A stretch of DNA of 60,897 nucleotides from Octopus bimaculoides (taxonomy: Eukaryota), in NCBI RefSeq assembly GCF_001194135.2, contig NC_068982.1, forward strand, positions 154,396,221 to 154,457,117, in the 5' to 3' direction. Under the pieces are notes generated by a model, which worked only from the letters and a program-made list of their open reading frames with translations, searched no databases and was not told the DNA's origin. How positions within the stretch are numbered: position 1 is the first letter of the stretch; every line of letters starts with the position of its first letter. The position numbers were made by a program, and so were the translations under genes. Positions 42,672 to 54,963 of this stretch are shown one piece after another.

Positions 42672-42851
42672 ATGAAAAAACTTAAACATAGTTGCAGAAA
42701 TAATGGAAGGTCTATGTTTTCCCCTGCACCAGTCTCCCTTTATCCAAAGAAAGACAAATTATCTTCGACAGAGAAGAAACAAATCCAAACAGAATACGGA
42801 CAGTTACAAGAAATGGTTCCAACAATAGCAAACAGACGTCGAGTGACGAAG
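42672..42851 (+). CDS. Coding exon A of an Id/Emc-like HLH protein lacking a basic region (N-terminus, helix 1, loop)
   Basis: Pyrimidine-rich acceptor ttcttttcttttgcag directly before ATG. 180 nt open: MKKLKHSCRNNGRSMFSPAPVSLYPKKDKLSSTEKKQIQTEYGQLQEMVPTIANRRRVTK. Donor AAG|gtataa, phase 0. EYGQLQEMVPTIANRRRVTK resembles the Id/Emc helix1-loop (CYSKLKELVPSIPQNKKVSK type). Confidence 0.85.
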
Positions 42852-42966
42852 GTATAAACACATCACTACTTGTTGACATTGTTATTTTAATTCTTTTTAT
42901 TTTTTTGGTTCCCATAGTTTCCTTACCTTGTATCAATTATCAAGTTTATCCTTCTACTTAAACACT

Positions 42967-43005
<39 letters not shown>

Positions 43006-43445
43006 GTTGCGTGCGTGCGTGTGAATTTGGAGTCCATCGACTAAGTAGCTTTTATCATCTTTACCACACTCTACCACTGCTTGCCAATTTCAGTATTCCT
43101 CTCGATTCTAACTTCTTGCGTTGCTTCTTTCTGCATCTTTCTTTTATCCGTAATATTATGTAAAGCGTACCTGGAGAAAATAACCAACCAGCCAGCCAAC
43201 CAATCAATCAATCACCATTTATATCGGCTATTAGTATATATAGAGAAACGGAAAGTTAAGGCAAAAGTTTTCTCTGTTCTTAAATAACTAAAGTGACTCT
43301 TTTACAATGTAATTGTCCATATACAGCGACATGCGAAATTACAACGTAATTCAATAACTGCATAAACTGAGAATCGATTCCTCGGATGGAGTGCTTACAG
43401 TGGGTTTAGCTTGATTCTCAAAATCCAATTTTCTACTTATTTGTA

Positions 43446-43482
<37 letters not shown>

Positions 43483-43854
43483 TATATAGATAGATAGATA
43501 GATAAATAGATAAACTTACTTGGAAATGGATGCGTGGCGTTCAGTCATATAATGATATAAATAATGTATATATATATATATATATAAATGTGTATGTATG
43601 TGTGTATGTCATTATTCAGTTTTATTTCAAGATTTCTTGCCAACTGAGAAAGAGCCGGCTTCTAACCTAGATCTAAGTCTCATTTCAACAGTACCAACAG
43701 AGTATATTTGTATGTATGTATGTATGTATGTATGTATGTATATGTGCATATTTGTGTGTTTTCTTATGTATGTATGTATGTATATGTGCATATTTGTGTG
43801 TTTTCTTTTATGTATGTATTCTCATGCATATAGTTGCATGCATTGACATGCTCA

Positions 43855-44330
43855 TATATACTTAATAAACTTCGGGAAAGTTTTATAGATTTGCACAGTT
43901 CCAGTGATGGCTTGGATTTGTAGTCTTTGAATCAGTTTTCTCCTTTCTGGTTTTGAGAAGCCTAATTTCTCGAGATAGGTATTTAGGCAGTGTATTACAT
44001 ATATTTCACGGCCCCAATAATTACAGGTATAAACCTGAACTTGCAATTTGGATAGAGTAACAGCAGATTTCTCAATAGTTCAACATAAATTTTCTCTTCT
44101 TTACTGATCTTTAGCTGTATGTATGTATGTATGTATGTATGTATGTGAATATGTATAGTAGTGTAATTCCTGACAGAGTACAAAGTCAGTGTTCTTCCAA
44201 TGTAGTCAGGAGTTTGTGTTGAATGATCCATTGGAAGAACACTGACATAGGTTTTCTCAAAGTTACAGCTTGAGGGTAGTAACTTTGAGAAATCCTTCAA
44301 TTTCATTGGTGCAAAGACAACAGACACCTC
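43855..44330 (-). pseudogene. 3' fragment of an RLE-endonuclease non-LTR retrotransposon (R2/R4-like) in intron 1 of the HLH gene
   Basis: TPDYI...KISKEEKIYVELLRNLLLLYPNCKFRFIPVIIGAVKYM, then YLEKLGFSKPERRKLIQRLQIQAITGTVQIYKTF. This resembles the C-terminal RPDI...EKxxKYxxL...PVVIGALG...LQxxxxxGTxxI signature. Frameshifted and interrupted by (TATG)n. Confidence 0.6.
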
Positions 44331-44386
44331 ACTAGTAAAAACCTTATTATGAAGGGTACTCTCTCTTTCTCTCTCTCACACACACG

Positions 44387-44425
<39 letters not shown>

Positions 44426-44742
44426 ATGTGTTTTCCTTATGTGTTCATTCTGTTGTCCGCAAAAAAAAGTCCACGTTTTTTGATGTACATATATGTATGT
44501 ATACATGCATATGTTCATATATCATTTGTATTTTTATATATGTGTGTGTGTGTCTATATGCATAAAATCTTAAATACATACGCGTAGACATACACTCATT
44601 TATATGCATAAACATATATGAGAAATGCTGATGCGAATTGGTTATTATTTATTGAAACTATTGTTTGCAATGTACATTAATCGGTCCCCATATCGATGAC
44701 GATGATGATGATAATTTTTTTCTTTGTATATCGTTGTTACAG

Positions 44743-44818
44743 AGACAAGTGGTAAGGGAAGCAACTCTTTATATCGACCAATTACATTCAGAATTATTAG
44801 AAAAATTACATCATAATG
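44743..44818 (+). CDS. Coding exon B of the HLH protein (helix 2)
   Basis: Acceptor tttttttctttgtatatcgttgttacag, donor AATG|gtaagt. In frame with exon A, it encodes RQVVREATLYIDQLHSELLEKLHHN plus 1 nt. The VVxEAxxYIxxL pattern is HLH helix 2. Confidence 0.85.
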
Positions 44819-45533
44819 GTAAGTAGTCGCAAGGTCTCCTTCCCTCTCCCTCTGTTTATCTGTCTGCCTCTCTGTCCATTCCTCTCTCTACTGTCCGTCT
44901 CCCTCTTTCTTCCTTAATTTTTATTCTCGATACTATAACTCTGAAGCAATTTTTTTTATTTTTTATAAATCGTATCGATTGCACTTCGAGACATTAAGCT
45001 GTTAATATACAATAAGACATATCGAGATATACACTTCATAACCATACATTACCACATAATTTGAAAACATACATTGTGTAAATAGTCAAATACTATCAAC
45101 ATATACACTATTCAGCCACATATATTAATGAGACATGCTCAACAATAGACATATAAAATAGTCATACTACCGAGATATATGTCTGGAAAAACACAGAAGG
45201 TATGATCTAAAGAGAGAATCTCTACCCGGTCGCTCGATACACTAGAGACGGTACCAGCATTCACCTCAAATTACTCATTGCTGTTTTTGGAAAAGAGAGA
45301 AAACAGAAGGTACACTGGATGTCGTAGTTCACGTCCTGGAAAAGAACATAAATAAGTAAAGGAAAAAGAGGAAGGGGAAAAAAAAAGGATGGTCGCAGCA
45401 TGAACGTCTTTGATCATGCGTCAGAAGAGGAAAAATCACACATGTATGGGGAAAAAAATATAGGACGGTCACTGGTAGAAAAACCTTTTGAGTTTTAGTT
45501 GTGTCGGATGAGAAGCGACATGATTTCGGAGAT

Positions 45534-45567
<34 letters not shown>

Positions 45568-45636
45568 CACGCACTGCACACACACACACACATGCACGTA
45601 CAGCACACACACACATGCATATATGTTCATATATGA

Positions 45637-45668
<32 letters not shown>

Positions 45669-45797
45669 TTGTATACATATATACATATACATATATTAAT
45701 ATATGTATATACATATATATGTATGCATGCATATATATATGTATGTATATATATACATATACGCATCTTAATATATGTATATACATATATATGTATG

Positions 45798-45834
<37 letters not shown>

Positions 45835-45837
45835 CTG

Positions 45838-45887
<50 letters not shown>

Positions 45888-45894
45888 TATATGC

Positions 45895-45928
<34 letters not shown>

Positions 45929-46156
45929 ACATATATTTATATATGGAAATTTGTGTTTGTGTGTATGTTTGTATGTATACATGTGTGCAGAGAAAAAGTA
46001 TACACAACTAAAGAAAGAGTACATGGTACTGATGTAAAGATAGCTTTGCTCTGAGTTTCGTGCCTGAAGGTCTCAGTCGACAGATGAAATGAAAACAGTT
46101 ATCTCCCTAAAGAGACTGCATACACATATACATACATAGATACATACATACATACA

Positions 46157-46192
<36 letters not shown>

Positions 46193-49100
46193 TACATGCA
46201 TACATACAGCTATGCATTTATACATGCATGCATTCATACATACATGAAAAGACATACATTCATATACAAACATAAATACATACATCCAGACGAACATACG
46301 TAAATAAATGCATATATACATGCATACATACATACATGTATACATACATTCATAGATGCACGCACTCATATATACTTACATACATCCATGCATACATACA
46401 TACATGAAAAGACATACATACGTACATTCACACACANNNNNNNNNNNNNNNNNNNNNNNNNNNNNNNNNNNNNNNNNNNNNNNNNNNNNNNNNNNNNNNN
46501 NNNNNNNNNNNNNNNNNNNNNNNNNNNNNNNNNNNNNNNNNNNNNNNNNNNNNNNNNNNNNNNNNNNNNNNNNNNNNNNNNNNNNNNNNNNNNNNNNNNN
46601 NNNNNNNNNNNNNNNNNNNNNNNNNNNNNNNNNNNNNNNNNNNNNNNNNNNNNNNNNNNNNNNNNNNNNNNNNNNNNNNNNNNNNNNNNNNNNNNNNNNN
46701 NNNNNNNNNNNNNNNNNNNNNNNNNNNNNNNNNNNNNNNNNNNNNNNNNNNNNNNNNNNNNNNNNNNNNNNNNNNNNNNNNNNNNNNNNNNNNNNNNNNN
46801 NNNNNNNNNNNNNNNNNNNNNNNNNNNNNNNNNNNNNNNNNNNNNNNNNNNNNNNNNNNNNNNNNNNNNNNNNNNNNNNNNNNNNNNNNNNNNNNNNNNN
46901 NNNNNNNNNNNNNNNNNNNNNNNNNNNNNNNNNNNNNNNNNNNNNNNNNNNNNNNNNNNNNNNNNNNNNNNNNNNNNNNNNNNNNNNNNNNNNNNNNNNN
47001 NNNNNNNNNNNNNNNNNNNNNNNNNNNNNNNNNNNNNNNNNNNNNNNNNNNNNNNNNNNNNNNNNNNNNNNNNNNNNNNNNNNNNNNNNNNNNNNNNNNN
47101 NNNNNNNNNNNNNNNNNNNNNNNNNNNNNNNNNNNNNNNNNNNNNNNNNNNACATACATACATACATGCATATGGCATACATACGTATGTACGTACATGT
47201 ATACATACGTATGTACGCACATGCATACATACATGCATGCATACATACATACATACATACATACATACATAAACCTGTGTGTGTTCTTACTTTCTCCAAT
47301 CCCGCAACCTCATCTCTGCTTTGCAGTTTTACTTTCCACTTTCTCTTATTTGTTAATTTTTTTTTTTCTTTTTGTTCGTGTTCTCGTTGTTGCTTAACCC
47401 CAGGTTGTCCTGATGCAGCATCTTAAAATCACACTTCTTCTAACCGTGACCATTCCAGATTGAGTGTGTCTACGAGTATAACATCTGATATGTTTACTTT
47501 TCTTAAGTTGATAGGTTATTGATTGAATGAGTGCTGAGTGCTAGCTGCTATTTCTACCAGATCGATAGTGCTTGTAGAAGCTTTCTCATAACTACATAAT
47601 GATGGCGTTGGAGACAGTGGTGGTGGTCATCGTCGTAGTCGTGGTGGTAGTGGAGGGTTTGTTTGTGGTGGTGTGCGACTGTTTTTTTGTTTTGTTTTTT
47701 TTCTTCTTGTTAAACCCTAGATTTGCTCTGGTCAGGTAGACTATAATATCTGATATCGAATATACCCTTGTCTTAAGACAGAAGGTTGTGATTGTTAGGC
47801 AGATTTAGCTGCTATGTTTAGCAAGTCGAACAACGTTAAAGATGCTGATTTGTGGGCGCGTGGATGCTGGGATTAACGGCGGTAGTTGCGGTAGATGAGG
47901 CTGTTAGTGGTTACCATGTTGATGATGGGAGTTGTGATGATGATAGGGTGAGGGCAGTATTAGATGATGACTACCGCAAACAGATGGTTTCTTTCCCAGC
48001 ACCTTGCTGAAAAAATGTCAGTGACGTATCCACAGCTCAAGTGTTAGCGTTTAACTATCTCAGCCGACAGCGCGTGTGGAACGTGTGTGAGTACTGTGGA
48101 GTGGGTGGGTGTATTTGGATGGATGATGGCTGACAGGAGGAATAAGTGAATGGGTGGCCTCTTTTATTTTCGCTTTGTGTTTACGTGTGTGTGTGTCTGT
48201 ATGTGTCTGTGTGCGTGCGTGCGTGCATGTATGCGACTGCATACAAACCTGTGTGGATTCTCAGAGAATGAACGAGAGGCAGAGGCGAGCTAGGAATAAT
48301 AAAAGGAACATAGATAGGTAGAAAGAAAAGAAAAACAAAGAGGGGGAGAAGAAGAGGGAGAGAAAAGAGAGAGAGAGAAAGAGGGTCGGAGACAGAGACG
48401 GTATTCAGGCGGTGATTTTGTATATTCATTGGGTGACTGTTGTATTAGTGTGAGAATGGTAGAACTGGGTATCGGGTGCATGACCCGAACAAATAAAGGA
48501 TCATAGCACTTCTAACGGGTGGCAAGAGAAAATATTTTAGAGGTTTGTTTGACGAGAAAAGAGGGCTGCCATATGGCAATAGGCCGTCTTGGCGAGTCTG
48601 TAAGTGCGCGTGTTTGTATGTATATGTATATGTGCATGAGCGTATACACGCACACACTCACATATATATATATACGTGTATGACTATACGTATTTGTCCA
48701 TAGGTGCGCCTTTGTGTTTGTATACGATATCATGTATGCGTTTGATTTGCGCATGCGTGTTTCACAGATAGAATAGCTTAGCTGAAGTCAGCGTGGGAAC
48801 ATTGGACCTTTGTGTTCTCTACACAAATCTGAACACGTGTAAAGGTAGATTGATGTACATGAAACATCGTCAATTCTACTAGGTGCCTCTATATTTGTCC
48901 GTCTGTCAATCACAGAAAGCTATTGTGGTACTAACCTTTGTATCAAGTGAGCAGCTGGTATTATCATTAGGTGAATTGAGTAAATACATGAATAAAAGCA
49001 TAATATTATTTTTTATGAATTTGGAGGATATTCTACTGTACTCCTACGTACTATGTACCCATCTGCATTTATACCTATCTACTTATCAATATATTCCATC

Positions 49101-49527
49101 TATTTCCTCTCTCTGCTTCTCTCTCTCTCACTCACACACACACTTACACACACACACGCGCGTATACTAATATTATGTATGTGTGTACGAATGTATGTAT
49201 ATTTCCTCCCTATATAGCTATCCCTTTACAATAGCATTCTGTATGTATAATAATGGCTAAGACAAGTATTCAGATAATTGTGTCGAAGACCTTAAATATT
49301 TGGGAAAAGATGATTGCTTCACTCGAACCAGAAGACAAGTCAGTTCTTTACTAAATAGTTAAAACAGAAATCACTTTGACAGAATGGAGTTTCGATGTGT
49401 TTCTGTATTCGTAAAAATGGTTTCGTATTTGCGCAGTGAACCATAAAGGATGAACGTCAAAGTCGACTTCATCGAGATTTAATCGCTGAATATAACAGAC
49501 ACAACTAAATAATATTTTCTACCAAAA

Positions 49528-49940
49528 AGGCGGTGAGCTGGCAAAAACGTTAGTACACAGGGCGAAATATCTAGCGGTATTTCGTCTGCCGTTACGATCT
49601 GAGTTCAAATTCCGCCAAAGTCGACTTTGCCTTTCCTCCTTTAGGGGGTTAATAAATTAAGTACCAGTTACGCACTGGGGGTCAATGTAATCGACTTAAT
49701 CCCTTTGCCTGTCCTTGTTTGTCCCCTCTGTGTTTAGCCACTTGTGGGCAATAAAGAAATAAACGTTAGCACACAGGGCGTGTCTTTACGTTCTGAGTTC
49801 AAATTCCGCCGAGGTCAACTTTGTCTTTCATCCTTTTGGGGTCGATAAATTAAGTACCAGTTGCGTACTGGGGTCGATCTAATCGAATGCCCTCCCCCCC
49901 CAAAAAAAAAATTTCGGGCCTTTTGCCTAGAGTAGAAAAA
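49528..49940 (+). mobile_element. Composite of two family 1 SINE units with different 3' tails, inside one 17-bp TSD
   Basis: TSD aatattttctaccaaaa (49511-49527) and aatattttctgccaaaa (49941-49957). Unit 1 ends gtttgtcccctctgtgtttagccacttgtgggcaataaagaaataa; unit 2 ends ccctccccc...tttcgggccttttgcctagagtagaaa. Confidence 0.75.
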
Positions 49941-50201
49941 AATATTTTCTGCCAAAAGCAGAAGGAACATATTGTCAACTACTCCGACCCCTCTTACTTA
50001 GTTGGTACTCTGTTTCATTGAATTCAAATAAAGGAAATGTTGACTACGATGGAATTTGAAATCAGAACGTAGGGGAATGTAATTAAATGTTACATTTTGT
50101 TTAAGTTAGCTACTCAATGGACTGTAGGTGCAGGCGTAGCTATGTGATAAGAAACTTGATTCCCAACCACATGGTTCCAGGTTCAGTGGCACCTTGAGCA
50201 T

Positions 50202-50510
50202 GGTGTCCCACAAGGCACTGTGTTAGGCTCACTCTTGTTCCTTATCTACATAAATGACATCATCAGGATCCTTAGATACAATGACATAAAAAATTTCCGC
50301 GGATGACTAAGCTTCTGAAGGTTGTCGACAGGATGGAAGACCGGACAAATCTTCAATCGGACCTAGTTGCTGTTATCCAATGGGAGTAGAAACATAACAA
50401 GCAACTGAACGAGAACAAGTTTGAGATAATTCACTTTGGTAAAGAGGCTGCACTTAAACAACCATATATTCTTCCTTTAGGCGAACACCACACGGCATCA
50501 AACAAGACGT
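50202..50510 (+). pseudogene. CR1/L2-group LINE reverse transcriptase fragment
   Basis: GVPQGTVLGSLLFLIYINDII...F/ADD/KLLKVVDRMEDRTNLQSDLVAVIQWE*KHNKQLNENKFEIIHFGK. Canonical PQG...YINDL...FADD motifs with frameshifts and a stop. Confidence 0.85.
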
Positions 50511-51532
50511 TTCATCCATTTCGAGTTCGTGAATAAACTGAGACCATCAACGTCTTCGAAACTTCCAGTCGTTCTCTCTCTCTCTCTCTGGGGCCAGCTT
50601 ATCCGGAGAAAAGACGTCGGTGGGAACCAAATAAGTGTTATTTCAGAAATAAAATATTCAGAGTCGCCATCCGTTCAGAAAGAACAATTTATTCTCAGTC
50701 TAAGATTTCTGAGATTGCCTTGTGTCATTTGTCTATTAATAGTAAAATCGTACATAGCTGTGGAAATTTCGAGAAACGTATTGTTCAGCCAATGAATATC
50801 CTTGTAACATTTAATTGCTTTATTTATTTATTTGTTTATTTGTTTATTTATTACATGCTTGTTAATTACAATTCTTTAAATCTTTATGAGTAGGCTAAAG
50901 AGGAAATTATGAATAAATAAATAAACAAATAAATAAATGAATGAATGAGTAAAAACAATGAAAATATCGTGGCAAAAAGAAAACAAAACATTTGCAAATT
51001 TGAAAAGGAAACAATATTGATGGCATTTGACTCTGAAATGAAGTAGGAGAAAATCGTGTTTATATGTTTAATGATTTTCAAGTTAAATAGAAAATAGCAA
51101 ACATTCGTATTTTGTTTCATAGTTTTGTTGCTATGTTTTTGGATTGTTCGTCACGAATAAAGTTTCCTATCAACATTTTATTACAACGATACGTTGCTAG
51201 GATAAAAGTAAACCCTCAGTTTACATAAATTTCTATTTCGTGAAATTACAAACAGCATTCTTCTTCTTCTTCTCTTTCTCTACTCCTTCTCTTTTTTTGT
51301 CTGTCTGTCTGTCTGTCTTTGATTTTCTGTCTTTCTGTCTTTTTTCTTTATCTTTTTTTATTTTTTAAAAATTTTTGCCGTTCTCTTTTCCTCCCTCGAT
51401 TTCCTTCTTCCCTTGCTTGCTTTCCGTTCTCTTCCCTCTCTCTCTCCTTCGTCTGAGTTTCTCTCCTCTCTCACTCTTTTTACCCAAACACGCACACGCA
51501 CACGCACGCACACACGCATGCATCTTACTCTG

Positions 51533-51563
<31 letters not shown>

Positions 51564-52307
51564 CACTCTCTATATATAAATATATAGACAGAAAGATGGG
51601 GAGAAAGAGAGAGCAGTTATCTATATTGTTAGTACTGAGTCCTTTTTGCAACATAATCTCCTTGATCCTTGATTCAAATGTTCCGCTATTACACACAGGC
51701 ACGCACCACCCACATATAAGCATACACACACAGACACACACACATACACACACACACACACATACACATACACACATACACGCACACACACACACACACA
51801 CATAAATATATAAAGTACAAGTGTGTTTGAATTTCATCTTTTATATTAATATGTTCTTATTATTCCTTTGGGATCTTTTCTGTCTGACTACCACTTTTCA
51901 ATTTCTTCAATTTTAGTTCCAATTCATTTCATATTTGGTGTATTGGTGTAGTTTTGTATGGTAATTATTGACATGAATTTCATTTTCGTTATAAATCAAT
52001 AAATAAAGAGTCAATAGCTTTTAAAATCTGCCAATTTTAAAATTTCCATAACTGCAGCTAAACAGAAAAGACCCTTCTTTTATGTCTAGTTTGGAACTAC
52101 CATTCCGTTTCAAGGCTTTCTCAACCTCAACTTCTAAATGAAGTAGTGATAGTAATGTATTGTTACTGCACATTGTAGTCGGTACTACACGTTCGCGGGA
52201 ATACTGCTGTAACTTATAAAGCGTTATGGCCGGGCTAAAGACTGTGTGACCGTATGCCGCTAAGCTTTTCAACAAACATTTTTCTGTCTGATTTTGTCTC
52301 GTGTTTC

Positions 52308-52308
<1 letters not shown>

Positions 52309-52365
<57 letters not shown>

Positions 52366-52379
52366 GTTATTATTATTAT
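52309..52379. repeat. (ATT)n microsatellite
   Basis: Read directly. Confidence 0.95.
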
Positions 52380-53008
52380 GTACCGCCTAGTCTACTAGAT
52401 GAAATTTTACTGGAGAATGGCTTCTTCAGACTGAGAAGTAAGATGGCAATTTGCATTTTGTCTGGGTGTATTGTACTCGAACACATTTTTTTAATAATTC
52501 AACCATTACGACTGCATAAGTTATGCCGATATATTGCTAATTATCCCTCACACACGATGGACCTAAATATACCATTACCAGCTAAGACTACAGAAGTGGT
52601 TGATTGATGAAGCCGATGATCGGCAAAATTTTCAAATCACTTACAAACTTCTCAGTTTTACACGTATACAAATACACACACTTATATAGGGTTATACACA
52701 CATACATACACTTTCGCATGCGTACATTATTCATTCTCAACATTTTGTACGTTTTCTCTCCTTCATTTGATGGAGGCCACTAGTTTAATTACTAGTCATT
52801 CGATTGTGTGTGTGCGTGTGTGTGCATGTGTGTAGGGGGGGGAGGTGCATATATATATGAACAGCGTGATCAACTTTCCAGAATGTTGTTTGCATAAAAT
52901 TTCTTTATAACAAAAATATTCAAGAAATTTTATTTTTATGTCGTTTTATTTTGTTATTGATCACAGTTTTAACATCTACTTTTTTTTCATTTCTTCTTTT
53001 AATTCTAG

Positions 53009-53118
53009 GATTCTCTGATTTTGACATGAATCTGAACAGCTTGAACAACTTGGTAATAAACCTTATGCAGAATAATTTAGATCTGAATAAACCCAGTAAT
53101 ACGTTTGTTAACAAGTGA
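53009..53118 (+). CDS. Probable terminal coding exon C of the HLH protein
   Basis: Strong acceptor tttttttcatttcttcttttaattctag. Phase 1 matches exon B: G|GA then FSDFDMNLNSLNNLVINLMQNNLDLNKPSNTFVNK*, TGA at 53116-53118. Total CDS 366 nt = 121 aa. It was the best downstream acceptor found by eye; no transcript evidence. Confidence 0.55.
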
Positions 53119-54172
53119 ACAGATACATATATACATACATACATACATATATACATATGTATGTATGTATACACACACACACACGTACACACACACACAC
53201 ACACACGCACACACACACAAACAGATATATATACAAAAACAAAACATGAATATTGGAAAGAAAAGAAATGTAAGGTTTTGCTTTTTTGTGATTAAAACGA
53301 AGATTTGCCAATGAAGGATTTTCTACGAACACCGTGATTCAAATAGGACTTGATATTTGTAAAATGCAGTATATTAGAAGAAAAAAAAATTACATGGACA
53401 TTCATGATTGGTGGTGGTACATTAAAAAATTCATGATGACATAGCAGGAAGAATTAATGTCCACCTACATTGTACAATTCCACAATTTCAAGATCTTAAA
53501 TATCTGTAAATCAAACACCATTTGTGTGTGTGTGTGTGTGTGTCCGTGTGTATGTGTGTGTGTAAGTATGCATGTATGTATATACATTCATTGACATAAG
53601 CACATATATAATATATATCATATCATATATATATATGTATGTATGTATATATATATATATATANNNNNNNNNNNNNNNNNNNNNNNNNNNNNNNNNNNNN
53701 NNNNNNNNNNNNNNNNNNNNNNNNNNNNNNNNNNNNNNNNNNNNNNNNNNNNNNNNNNNNNNNNNNNNNNNNNNNNNNNNNNNNNNNNNNNNNNNNNNNN
53801 NNNNNNNNNNNNNNNNNNNNNNNNNNNNNNNNNNNNNNNNNNNNNNNNNNNNNNNNNNNNNNNNNNNNNNNNNNNNNNNNNNNNNNNNNNNNNNNNNNNN
53901 NNNNNNNNNNNNNNNNNNNNNNNNNNNNNNNNNNNNNNNNNNNNNNNNNNNNNNNNNNNNNNNNNNNNNNNNNNNNNNNNNNNNNNNNNNNNNNNNNNNN
54001 NNNNNNNNNNNNNNNNNNNNNNNNNNNNNNNNNNNNNNNNNNNNNNNNNNNTATTTCACTTTCTGTGAAAAGCATCTTGTGGGAAGGGAGTTCAGAAGTA
54101 CAGGGTTATAGATAAGGTAAACTAGGGAAATATTAAATAATGAAAATTAAATCCATATTTTTTTTTTACATC

Positions 54173-54224
<52 letters not shown>

Positions 54225-54963
54225 TAGAGAGTAAGAGAGTTGTAGGAGAAGAGAAACAAAAGGTAGACTACGAGATGACAGAAGGAAAAAAAAGGATATA
54301 TTATGGATGTCATCGTTTCAAGTTCGAAACGTCAAATGAATTTTCTTTCTATCAACAACAGCTACCTTTGTGTTTGTAGAAGTTTTCAGCTTTTCCCTAT
54401 GTAGATTTACAAAAGAGTATTTGAAGAAGGTTCTTTTTTTCTTCTTTGATAACAGTATTGAATCATTCGGTCAGAATACAGTACGAAGTATGGATACCAA
54501 TCCAACAGAGCCTCTGATCTTTATATTTTACTGTTTGGAAGAAAGAATAACTTTTCATAAGGTGCTGTGAGAAAAATGTAATCTTCGGTTTTGGTTTAAT
54601 TCTTTATAGGGAGTAAGAGAACTAGTATCTAAGCTATGATCATTAAGTGACATTGCCTTATTTAAAAGAAATTGTTAACATCGATCGGAAAATAAATAAA
54701 ATTATTCCTTAGTGCCATTATTGGAACCAGTAAAAGAGCAAAAGATAGAGTTTAATCGTTCCTTGTTTCTTTCGAATTAAAAAACATGTTCTTTAACATG
54801 AATGGAATAATTGCTGCATTTGATTCCTGTCTTATTAAAGAAAAACAACATTCATATAGAATTTTTTTTAAATGTTCTATTTTTATTTTTTACATTTTAA
54901 TATTCTGATATAAATAAATGAAAATATTTTCTTGTTAAAATTCTTTATTGTTATTATTCCTAG

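Noticed and set aside
47404-47426. Alternative phase-1 terminal exon GCPDAAS*
   Set aside because: It lies within a decayed dispersed repeat (ccccaggt...gtgaccattcc family); 53009 has a better acceptor and a longer frame.
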